A DNA stretch of 64,000 nucleotides, taken from positions 4,672,683 to 4,736,682 of the forward strand of contig NC_069000.1 of the NCBI RefSeq assembly GCF_001194135.2. The letters are read 5' to 3'. The notes under the pieces are model-generated. The model did not search any database. It was not told where the DNA came from and was given only the letters and a program-made list of their open reading frames with translations. How positions within the stretch are numbered: the first letter of the stretch is position 1; every line of letters begins with the position of its first letter. This document shows positions 12,538 through 24,520 of the stretch, one piece after another. Source of the stretch: Octopus bimaculoides. Its lineage: Eukaryota. Position numbers and translations under genes: made by a program.

Positions 12538-12570
12538 GGGCTGTAATACAAGTGTTACAGCACTTGTCAG
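12538..12570 (+). other. Candidate 33-nt exon with self-complementary structure
   Basis: ccttactcatcttctctctcag| and CAG|gtaacc; two frames open. Confidence 0.3.
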
Positions 12571-12776
12571 GTAACCTAGCTATGAGTCAAAGAACAGATG
12601 ATTCTGTAGCTAAACTAAACAGTACCGGAAGGAGGAAAACCAACGTCCGGGAGATGTAACAGGACCTGCGACCGGTGTGAGGAAATGTCTTCGTGTCATA
12701 TGTGTCAGCTCCCATGTTCAAGGGCGGAAGCTGCTTTGTGATTCAAGGGCAAATAGAACCGGAAACTTGGAGCACG

Positions 12777-12821
<45 letters not shown>

Positions 12822-12843
12822 TATCATATATATCTACATACAT

Positions 12844-12899
<56 letters not shown>

Positions 12900-13231
12900 C
12901 TAATACATACGTGGGTTACTGCGAATATTTATAACTTCACATCTACATTTGCAAATGTGTAAATTGAAAGTTGACATTTATGGCCTGTGTAAGAGACTGC
13001 CGTTATTATAAGTTACGAGACACTATGACCGAATCGATGAGGGCGAAGTGTTCCATTCAACGCCGTGTTTTACAACGATCCTCTTTCAGTTGGCGGTGGC
13101 CGAGGTAGGATCGATCGTGCAACCCCCTATAGAGCGTCTACAAAATATTAGGTATTACAGAGCGTCTTTGTGCGGGTCGAAGAGATGATAACTTACCGAT
13201 CTGTCTATGGGGTATATTTTGAAGCGCTTTC

Positions 13232-13400
13232 ACTCGTTTCAGTCGCTGGACTGCGGCCATACTGCAGCAGGAACGCCTTGAAGGGCTTCGTTGAAAATAT
13301 TGACACAAGTGCGTATTCAATAGATTTCTTTAATTGAATCTCTAATACGCGAGGACGTAAGCAAACCAACGACGTCTTTGTGGGGCGTGCACAAACACAA
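13232..13400. mobile_element. Interspersed repeat family C, diverged
   Basis: gactgcggccatactgcagcaggaacgccttgaagggc...gaggacgtaagcaaaccaac, related to about 48800-48865 and 39451-39540. Confidence 0.6.
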
Positions 13401-13475
13401 AGACATACGCACACACATATTTGTATGTGTGTGAATGTATATACGTATATGTCTGTGGATCTATCTATCTATCCG

Positions 13476-13522
<47 letters not shown>

Positions 13523-14399
13523 GCCTTTCCTTTTTTTTTTTCCGATCCCTTTTGATCGAACTCCCCCTTTTTCCCTTCCTACGATCCCTTTTGATCGACA
13601 CCACCCCCTTTTTTTTTTCCTTCCTTCCCCCTCCCAAAAAGAAAAGCTCTACATTGTATTTGTCCCATCTTCGTTGAGCCCTGTGTGGCTAATAAAAGAA
13701 ATGCATCTATCTGCCTGTCTTTCTATCTGTTTCTAAGATAGAAAAAGGTAAGTACTCAGATATAAATGAACATTAAGTGGTTTCAATCACAACTCTATCG
13801 TCGGAGTTCCGGTGACCTTGCTTATCGTAATAGTCAGCATTCCACCTTATTATTTTAATATAGCATGCAGTCGTTTGCATTAAAAATTCATGCACGCCAT
13901 CTTTGAAAGGCGTTTTCCATTGTTACTTCATCAAACCATTTGATACCTCTGCTAACTGGAGTTGTGTTTATGAAGAACTCAACGGCTAGGAACGGATATA
14001 TTAATAGACAGACTTAATTAAATCATTAAATAATTCAAAATTCTTAGAAAAATATATCAATACATTTAGAATTTAGAATATATAAATATATATTGGTATA
14101 TTTCTAGCAGATATTTTAATATCGTGTGTGTTATAACATGATTCGTCGCTCGAAAGCTATCTCTCTAAGATAAGAGTAAATAGACATGATTTAGTCATTT
14201 AAATATTTTATAAAAGAAAAACAACAAAAGAGGGAAGTAGGAAAATGGGTGGTGGTGGTGGTGGTGGTAATAAGTATGCTGAAAAGATTGGTGGAATTAA
14301 GTAGGAAAGTATATTATATGTATATGCATCTACGTATCAGTATGAATGTGTATGTGTATGCGATATTTACATCATATGGTCATATGCGTATGTCAGTCT

Positions 14400-14483
<84 letters not shown>

Positions 14484-15219
14484 ATATACAGGTAGCTAGA
14501 TAGATATATACAGACACATGCACAGGCACACAGACACTCACAAACACATACATGTGTATATACATATATATATANNNNNNNNNNNNNNNNNNNNNNNNNN
14601 NNNNNNNNNNNNNNNNNNNNNNNNNNNNNNNNNNNNNNNNNNNNNNNNNNNNNNNNNNNNNNNNNNNNNNNNNNNNNNNNNNNNNNNNNNNNNNNNNNNN
14701 NNNNNNNNNNNNNNNNNNNNNNNNNNNNNNNNNNNNNNNNNNNNNNNNNNNNNNNNNNNNNNNNNNNNNNNNNNNNNNNNNNNNNNNNNNNNNNNNNNNN
14801 NNNNNNNNNNNNNNNNNNNNNNNNNNNNNNNNNNNNNNNNNNNNNNNNNNNNNNNNNNNNNNNNNNNNNNNNNNNNNNNNNNNNNNNNNNNNNNNNNNNN
14901 NNNNNNNNNNNNNNNNNNNNNNNNNNNNNNNNNNNNNNNNNNNNNNNNNNNNNNNNNNNNNNNNNNNNNNNNNNNNNNNNNNNNNNNNNNNNNNNNNNNN
15001 NNNNNNNNNNNNNNNNNNNNNNNNNNNNNNNNNNNNNNNNNNNNNNNNNNNNNNNNNNNNNNNNNNNNNNNNNNNNNNNNNNNNNNNNNNNNNNNNNNNN
15101 NNNNNNNNNNNNNNNNNNNNNNNNNNNNNNNNNNNNNNNNNNNNNNNNNNNNNNNNNNNNNNNNNNNNNNNNNNNNNNNNNNNNNNNNNNNNNNNNNNNN
15201 NNNNNNNNNNNNNNNNNNN

Positions 15220-15253
<34 letters not shown>

Positions 15254-16291
15254 GTCTGCGTGTGTGCGTGCATGTATGTATCTAACAATATATGTATATA
15301 TGCATGTATGTATCTATTTATTTATCTCTCCATCTATCTGTAACTATCTCTTTATCTAACAATTTCTCTTTCTCTCTCTTCCTCCATATTTATTGCGTGT
15401 GTATGTGTGTGTGAGTGCGTGTCTGTACATTGGTTCGTAATCAACTCAACAGCCAAATGTATTGGAGTCTAGCAGCGATTCACACAAGACTATTTTTTCA
15501 TTGTACTGTGACATAACTGCATATGCACTAGACGTTTCAACACGCAACAACTCTCGCTGGCCTAAACAATACACACACATAGAAACATGCATTTATCACC
15601 AAAAAAAAAACCCATTACGCACTCTCAAGTGTACCTGTCTGTATACATCCACACAAAAACCTATATACACACTTGCACACAGATATATAATCGTAGGAGC
15701 TGACTACGATTTCAGATTCATACGGAAGATGATTTCAGACAACTAGTAGGATTATGACATCCTAAATGGGTGTACATACATACATACATACATACATACA
15801 TACATACATACATACCCACGCCGATATGTACACGCATATATCTGTGTATACATATATACAAGGGTGGCCCAAATGTAGGTCTACAACTATCTCTTTCGCA
15901 TTCATATATTAACATATATATATATTCAACAGGCGTCTTTCAGTTTCCGTCTACCAATATATATGAATAGATATATGAATATATATGTACCTATGCATGT
16001 ATATATATATATANNNNNNNNNNNNNNNNNNNNNNNNNNNNNNNNNNNNNNNNNNNNNNNNNNNNNNNNNNNNNNNNNNNNNNNNNNNNNNNNNNNNNNN
16101 NNNNNNNNNNNNNNNNNNNNNNNNNNNNNNNNNNNNNNNNNNNNNNNNNNNNNNNNNNNNNNNNNNNNNNNNNNNNNNNNNNNNNNNNNNNNNNNNNNNN
16201 NNNNNNNNNNNNNNNNNNNNNNNNNNNNNNNNNNNNNNNNNNNNNNNNNNNNNNNNNNNNNNNNNNNNNNNNNTATCTATCTATCTATCTA

Positions 16292-16346
<55 letters not shown>

Positions 16347-16745
16347 GTGTGTGTGTGTGTGTGTGTGTGTTTATAATACACAGATAAGCATGGATAAATG
16401 CTCTTATTTAAGTAACCATATTTATGGTTGAACATAGGCGCGCATTGTTTAAATCTAGACAAGACATCAAACACAACCTATTACATACAACTCCGCATTC
16501 TGTGGCATGGCACCTCATCTCCGTACATTTCAGTTCTACAATCAAATCTTCGGATTGTGCTTAGTAGTAAATTGATAATTCTTTATAGATAGATTCTGGT
16601 TCCCTGTTACATTTTCAGCCAATCATCTCTTCCTAAATGTACCCCGAAAGCCTCATTTTCATACACCAAATACTTTCAACTTACGGACAATTATAGTATA
16701 GAACTTTAGACAGCATAATTTTCGATGACAATTTTCCCTCTGCAG

Positions 16746-16825
16746 ATCACGGCGTGTTTATCAAAATGGAAGAATTGATGTTGTCGACGGTGTTAATGGA
16801 ATATGATTTTATCCATTGTCCAAGA
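16746..16825 (+). other. Candidate 80-nt exon (unassigned)
   Basis: attttccctctgcag| and AGA|gtaagc. One open frame (phase 1 to 0): HGVFIKMEELMLSTVLMEYDFIHCPR. Confidence 0.3.
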
Positions 16826-17654
16826 GTAAGCGTCTCTACTCTTGATGGAAACAGAGTTAATACATATGTAGAAAGTCTATTGAAGATCTATTACTGAATA
16901 TCTGAATTGCTTTTCGATTCCATTGTATTCCTTTTATAGCTATATAATTTTCTCATTATTTATTTCATTTCAACTTCAGTTCGGTACGTCTCCATTTTCT
17001 TCGCCACATCGTATTTCACTTCACTTTATATCATCTCGTCATGTATTTGTTTGTAACTTCAGTTAATAGCTCACCTATATAAACTCTATTCATTGTTATC
17101 TGTATTAGACATTTCTAAGTTTTTCCTTATCAATACCTAATGTTCTATAAGCGTTGAAAGTCGTATTGTTTCACAAGTTCACATCACAGACTCAAGATAT
17201 GGGGTTCAATGCCTGTGTGTATGTGTGTGTGGTTGGCATTCTTGAGACAGATGTTTCTTCTACCTATAATATTACGGAGATTTGAATAATATCTTGTCAG
17301 CGAAAATATTGGTACAGGGAAAATGTGCAGAAGCCTATTCTACGTATATAAATGTATATATAAATATATACATATGTATATATTAATACGCATGTATATA
17401 TAAACATGTGTCTTTGTATATATCTGTATACTTGCTTCTATGTGTATATGATCATGTATGCATGAATTGACAATGGGCGAAAATTCTTATCAATAGCTTC
17501 ACGAAACTGATAAGGGAGGTTGGATTTGATCTGCTTATCAAATAGAATGATCAAATAAATTATCTTACTGGAACCCACCTTGTTATTTGGGTAATTATCT
17601 CGAAAAGTTCTAGAGTTATTCTTATTACGTATAAAGAAAAATAAAGAACGGTTA

Positions 17655-17878
17655 TCATGGGGCAGCCAGGTTTTTGCAAATCCCCTCGTGAATATACTGT
17701 GCTACTCTATCATGCCTGTTGAGATACTCTGTAGGCGCAAGAATACTGCAGATGGTGCTGATACTCCCAACTGCACCAATTACTATCGGTATCACGTCTA
17801 CTCTCATCATTAACCACAACCTTCGTATTTACCACTTCGAATCGCCATACTTGTTTATTTTCCTTCTTTCACATATCA
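17655..17878 (-). mobile_element. R4/Dong-type (RLE-encoding) non-LTR retrotransposon fragment with permuted motif order
   Basis: Minus strand reads ERRKINKYGDSKW*IRRLWLMMRVDVIPIVIGAVGSIS-TICSILAPTEYLNRHDRVAQYIHEGICKNL. Both motifs are typical of R4/Dong C-termini. Confidence 0.75.
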
Positions 17879-17884
17879 TCAGCC

Positions 17885-18058
17885 ACCAAGGGACTTGCTC
17901 AACTGGTTAAGGTCAAACAACTGACAAGCAAATCTTTGGTATTGAGCAGAATATTTACTGTAACCCGTCTTTTATACCAAGACAAAACAATGTACATGAT
18001 AACACCTCCAATCAATTAAGATCAGAAGCCATGAGAGTTACTGCTTGGTACTGCATCC
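17885..18058. mobile_element. Short interspersed repeat family D (unclassified)
   Basis: gacttgctcaactggttaaggtcaaacaactgacaagcaaatc...cagaagccatgagagttactgcttggtactgcatc. Recognised from memory as an octopus-type repeat; single copy here. Confidence 0.4.
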
Positions 18059-18069
18059 GGTCATTTATT

Positions 18070-18120
18070 TCTAATATTATTATTATCATTATTATTATTA
18101 TCAATATCATTATCATCATC

Positions 18121-18152
<32 letters not shown>

Positions 18153-18498
18153 TATTAATATTATTATTGCTATTATTATTATTAATATTATATCTGATAG
18201 AATGCATCACTCGTATGTTTTATCGGTTCGTTTCTTTGCTCGTCTATTTCTGTCACTTTATTATTAAATATTATTTTACATATTCATAGTCTTGATATTG
18301 TTATCATTCTTCATCACAGCAAAATTATGAAAATTCCTAGGATTACTGTTGTTCCTCTTGTTACTGCTGTTATTTTGCCCTACTATTTTTGTAACAGTTA
18401 TCATATTCTGATGTCGAAAAAGCCAGCAAACTAACAATATAAATAAATAACAAACAATTCAACCATATTTGTCAAAATTAAATGAATTTTTCTTCAAC

Positions 18499-18562
<64 letters not shown>

Positions 18563-18616
18563 TGTTATTTTATTATTATTACTGTTAATATTATTTATAT
18601 TATTATTATTATTATC

Positions 18617-18666
<50 letters not shown>

Positions 18667-18695
18667 TGTTATTATATCTTTACTACTGTTATTTA

Positions 18696-18738
<43 letters not shown>

Positions 18739-18740
18739 AT

Positions 18741-18775
<35 letters not shown>

Positions 18776-18817
18776 TCATCATCGTCATCCTCCTCCTCCT
18801 CCTCCTCCTCCTCCTCC

Positions 18818-18853
<36 letters not shown>

Positions 18854-18910
18854 GTATTATTATTTTTATTATTTTCGTTTATTATTATGATTATCGTGAT
18901 CATCACCATT
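18070..18910. repeat. Compound trinucleotide microsatellites (ATT, ATC, AGT, CCT, CAT)
   Basis: Consecutive blocks at about 18075-18190 and 18500-18860; source of the poly-Y/I/L/V/S ORFs. Confidence 0.95.
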
Positions 18911-19681
18911 GCCTTTCAACTTTTGAATTATCCATCAGTTTCTCTGTGCATTAGTTATGCACTTTTTTTCCCCTCTTGCTCTTATTGTAATTCCTTTTTG
19001 TTTTTGTTTCTTTTTGAAATGTCGTCTTGTGTTTCTATTTTGTATACAACATTTACTTTCAGTTCATATAATCTGTTTGTTGTGCTTTTATTAACTATAC
19101 ACCCAAACACACTGCTAACTTCTCCTACATAGCTACGATTCTGACATATCGATTTTCATCTATATACGTATATACATAAGCATACATAAAAATATATATA
19201 CATTCATGTGTACGTGTGTGCATATATGCATGTATGCATATCAGTGTTTGTATGTGCGTATGTATATTTTCTTGTACATGTACAGATTAAAATTGATATA
19301 TCAGAAATATTACTTATATACATACACAGGCATACACAAACATACATGCACACACAAACACACTCATATATACACATATATATAGATGCCACCGTGTAAA
19401 TATGTTCCACCTCCCTTTAATAATAATATTTGATTTGCAGATATTATGTATATATAGGTAGATTCCACTAGGTGTGTATATACACGCATACAAAGCTACA
19501 TACACAAGCGTATATAGATATATAAATGCACACATACACACAACACACACACACGCAACATACACATACACACATATATACATATACATATATACATATA
19601 AATATATACACATATGCATTCAAACAATGTATATATATATATTCCGTCTCCCTTTGATAATAGTCTATGTAAGAATGATAT

Positions 19682-19760
<79 letters not shown>

Positions 19761-19768
19761 AATCTATC

Positions 19769-19800
<32 letters not shown>

Positions 19801-20387
19801 AATATATATATATTCATGTATGTATTATGTATGTATCTATCTATATATGTGTATATATATATGTATATATATGTATATNNNNNNNNNNNNNNNNNNNNNN
19901 NNNNNNNNNNNNNNNNNNNNNNNNNNNNNNNNNNNNNNNNNNNNNNNNNNNNNNNNNNNNNNNNNNNNNNNNNNNNNNNNNNNNNNNNNNNNNNNNNNNN
20001 NNNNNNNNNNNNNNNNNNNNNNNNNNNNNNNNNNNNNNNNNNNNNNNNNNNNNNNNNNNNNNNNNNNNNNNNNNNNNNNNNNNNNNNNNNNNNNNNNNNN
20101 NNNNNNNNNNNNNNNNNNNNNNNNNNNNNNNNNNNNNNNNNNNNNNNNNNNNNNNNNNNNNNNNNNNNNNNNNNNNNNNNNNNNNNNNNNNNNNNNNNNN
20201 NNNNNNNNNNNNNNNNNNNNNNNNNNNNNNNNNNNNNNNNNNNNNNNNNNNNNNNNNNNNNNNNNNNNNNNNNNNNNNNNNNNNNNNNNNNNNNNNNNNN
20301 NNNNNNNNNNNNNNNNNNNNNNNNNNNNNNNNNNNNNNNNNNNNNNNNNNNNNNNNNNNNNNNNNNNNNNNNNNNNNNNNNNNNNNN

Positions 20388-20445
<58 letters not shown>

Positions 20446-20734
20446 ACATATATACATGCTCAAATGTGCACGTACACAAACACACATAGGTATCTGTGCA
20501 TGTAGGTTTTCTGGCAGCCATTTGCATTTGTGCTTGTATGTATATATGAAATTATTTTGCGTATGGTAAATATACATATATACTTCTTTATACACTTAAG
20601 TTAGTGTGCGTATATATGCGTATATATGCGCATGTATACATGCCTACATACATATAGATGCGTCTCTCTCTCGCTCTCTCGGTCTCTGTCTATCTAGCTT
20701 TTTCTGTTACCGGTACAAATTATGTTGAATGGTC

Positions 20735-20897
20735 CAATCGATAACTTGGCCTCCCATATTCAACTGGTAATTACGTTCCCCGCAAAGATCACAGTGAGCT
20801 TCGAGCACGGTGGGTTTTGAACTCTGAACATTTAATGTGCTAAAATATTGCTACATTTTGACTGGCATGTTAACGATTTTGCCTTTACTTTACCTTA
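20735..20897 (-). mobile_element. SINE A, old degraded copy
   Basis: caactggtaatt...ttttgaactctgaac...gactggcatgttaacgattttgcc...ccttaa keeps the family A skeleton. Confidence 0.5.
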
Positions 20898-21770
20898 ATT
20901 CATACACACACATACACACTCATATGTAATATATATATAATTATAAATACGGGCAAAAGGAAAAAAATTCTTTGCCAATATGTTGAAAAACAGAGGCTAA
21001 ATCGTCTAAGCACATAAAATACGAGGAAAGCAAGTCAACAAAAATTCATAAAAATTGTAGTCATCCTCGAATCGGGTCCGATTTCTGGATTAATCCAAAA
21101 GGATTTTTCCTTCATCAGCGAGGAACACAAAATAAAAATTAAATGAAATACATAGACATACCCACAGACAAGCAGACGTAAAGTTTTGTATACATTTAAG
21201 TACCCCAAATATATCCAAGTCGATAACTAAAATGTTTATGAATTTCTGTTCGGCTTGCTTTGCTCATTTCGACACATGGTGTAATAAATATAGTGACAAT
21301 TGTTGTTCTTAGATGACACATTTTGGAGATCCCTTGGTCATTCCCTTCACATTTCAATCCCTTCACATTTTTTACATATTATCTTTGTATGTACACATAC
21401 ATACACACACACACACACACACAGAGAAACACTCACTACACACAAACACAAAAACATTCATGCACAGACAGACAGACACAGCCACACACCAAAACACACA
21501 GAGATTTATATGTATGCAAGAAATTTGATATGGAATTTAAATATTTTCGATTTTCTCCACATCTTGGAGACGAACTGAAAATGTGAGAAAAAAAGGAAGA
21601 AAAAATATACAGCGTTTGTGAGTTTTTCTTTTTATTTCAACGTCTGCAAAAAAAAAATAACAACAACATCACCACCACTAGCAACACCGTCGACATCACC
21701 TCCAACTACACCGCCCAAACAAAAAAAAACAACAACAAAGAACTTTTTTCGTTCCTTGGTAAAAAAAGAA

Positions 21771-21811
<41 letters not shown>

Positions 21812-22080
21812 AAGGCTAAACAAGTGCACATATGCGAACCCATATATAAGACCGTAGGGATCCATATGTATATATATATAATAGTCGTCTACATATATAT
21901 TATACATACCACATTCACCTACGTATACGCAAACATACAAACATACACGCAGTAACACACTCGAACAAAATAGATGTATTTACATGCATATACATATACA
22001 AATAAAAGAAGTCTATTTAGAATCTTAGCTTAGCTTTGTATCGAAATTTTTACATAATTGCATATATATATATACATAAT

Positions 22081-22136
<56 letters not shown>

Positions 22137-22904
22137 NNNNNNNNNNNNNNNNNNNNNNNNNNNNNNNNNNNNNNNNNNNNNNNNNNNNNNNNNNNNNNNN
22201 NNNNNNNNNNNNNNNNNNNNNNNNNNNNNNNNNNNNNNNNNNNNNNNNNNNNNNNNNNNNNNNNNNNNNNNNNNNNNNNNNNNNNNNNNNNNNNNNNNNN
22301 NNNNNNNNNNNNNNNNNNNNNNNNNNNNNNNNNNNNNNNNNNNNNNNNNNNNNNNNNNNNNNNNNNNNNNNNNNNNNNNNNNNNNNNNNNNNNNNNNNNN
22401 NNNNNNNNNNNNNNNNNNNNNNNNNNNNNNNNNNNNNNNNNNNNNNNNNNNNNNNNNNNNNNNNNNNNNNNNNNNNNNNNNNNNNNNNNNNNNNNNNNNN
22501 NNNNNNNNNNNNNNNNNNNNNNNNNNNNNNNNNNNNNNNNNNNNNNNNNNNNNNNNNNNNNNNNNNNNNNNNNNNNNNNNNNNNNNNNNNNNNNNNNNNN
22601 NNNNNNNNNNNNNNNNNNNNNNNNNNNNNNNNNNNNNNNNNNNNNNNNNNNNNNNNNNNNNNNNNNNNNNNNNNNNNNNNNNNNNNNNNNNNNNNNNNNN
22701 NNNNNNNNNNNNNNNNNNNNNNNNNNNNNNNNNNNNNNNNNNNNNNNNNNNNNNNNNNNNNNNNNNNNNNNNNNNNNNNNNNNNNNNNNNNNNNNNNNNN
22801 NNNNNNNNNNNNNNNNNNNNNNNNNNNNNNNNNNNNNNNNNNNNNNNNNNNNNNNNNNNNNNNNNNNNNNNNNNNNNNNNNNNNNNNNNNNNNNNNNNNN
22901 NNNN

Positions 22905-22951
<47 letters not shown>

Positions 22952-23090
22952 ATGTATGTATATATATATATATATGGAAATTTTAATATATTTCGTCTGT
23001 CATATATTACGTCTCATATTCTTAAGTGTAGGAAACGATATATCTAGATTTTAAACTTAGTTCCAAACATGTGGACAGTTCATTCGTCAG

Positions 23091-23222
23091 AATGAACACA
23101 CCGAATGACGCCGAGACATTTATCGTTGATCGAGGGAAGATGCACTTATAAAATGGCGACCAGCTATCGTCAATATCACTTTGCTCAGAAGATGAAACTG
23201 CGAATGTCCGCAAATATTGAAG
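23091..23222 (+). other. Candidate exon containing a possible start codon at 23153
   Basis: ttcattcgtcag| and GAAG|gtgaat. aaaATGGCG starts MATSYRQYHFAQKMKLRMSANIE and ends in phase 1. Confidence 0.25.
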
Positions 23223-23754
23223 GTGAATTTGTAAAGATAAATTTACAAACAGCCAAGTACTCACGCGAAAAGACGAAAACACCATAATTACATTCATACA
23301 ACTGTAGCAGAGGCGCCGTGTATTAAAAACAGATTATGAATGTGAGTGTATGTATGTATGTATGTATGTATCAGTGAAGGCTTGTATGTTTGTGTGTCGA
23401 CATGTGTGAGAGTGGTCAGTTGCTTGAAAAACATGTAAAGCAGAACAACTACAATTTCTCAGTTAAAACAAAATTCTAATTGATTTTAAAGTAGTAACAA
23501 CAACAACAACAACAACAACAACAAGAGTATATTCAATGTACGGGAACGAAACAAAACGAAATAAAATAGATGCCGAGCAGAAGGAAAGAGATAGCTGGAG
23601 ATTTGATATATCCATCGATGTCTTTGATCTGTTAATAGAATGTCAAATTACAGTTGGAGATGTGTCAGCTGTCTGCTTTCGATTCTGGTGGTTTTACATT
23701 ATTCCTTTCAGAGACATAACAATGCTTTTCATTCACATACGAAATACATACGGC

Positions 23755-23832
23755 TATGTATGTATGTATGTATGTATGTATGTATGTATGTATGTATGTA
23801 TGTATGTGTGTATGTATGTATGTATGTATGTA
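23755..23832. repeat. (TATG)n microsatellite
   Basis: Direct reading. Confidence 0.95.
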
Positions 23833-24477
23833 AGCATGCACGAGTGAATGCATGTATGTATGAATGTATGTTTGTATGTTTGTATGTATGAATGAATGTC
23901 TATTCTGTTTTGTTTTTAATTCTTCCTCCGAAGAAGGAGCTGGTTTCTAACAAAGATACAAAAACTTCATTGTTGGAATGTAGATAAGAAAAACAATCTT
24001 AGAATTTAAACTTGAGAAATGTCTTGCATATTTTTACTGTTCCACTTACAAATTGCACTTGTAATGTGCAAGAAAGTCGGTCGATCTCCACCAGCATTCC
24101 TTGTGTTGATGTTTGTGTACGTATGTAAGTATGTATGTATATATAAATGTAAGTATGTATGTATACAGGCATGCGTACATGTATGTCATTGTTCAGCTTT
24201 ATTTCAAGATTTCTTGCCAATATGTATGTATGTTTGTTTGTAAGTATGTATGTATGCAATTATGTAAGTATTTATCTGTAGGTATGTGTATATGTATGCA
24301 TGGACATATATGTATATTAACACATATATATTTACGCCCACACACGTATAATATATATGTATATATACATATATATATATGCACACAATATATTCTAATA
24401 TATTTACATATATTATATATAAGATGTGTATGTATATATATACATACATAAAACGTCTTACAATATATATATATATA

Positions 24478-24520
<43 letters not shown>

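Noticed and set aside
18482-19132. 216-aa poly-Y/I/L/V/S ORF and similar ones at 35863-36505 and 29632-30074
   Set aside because: Compound trinucleotide repeats open in several frames on both strands, with no domain.
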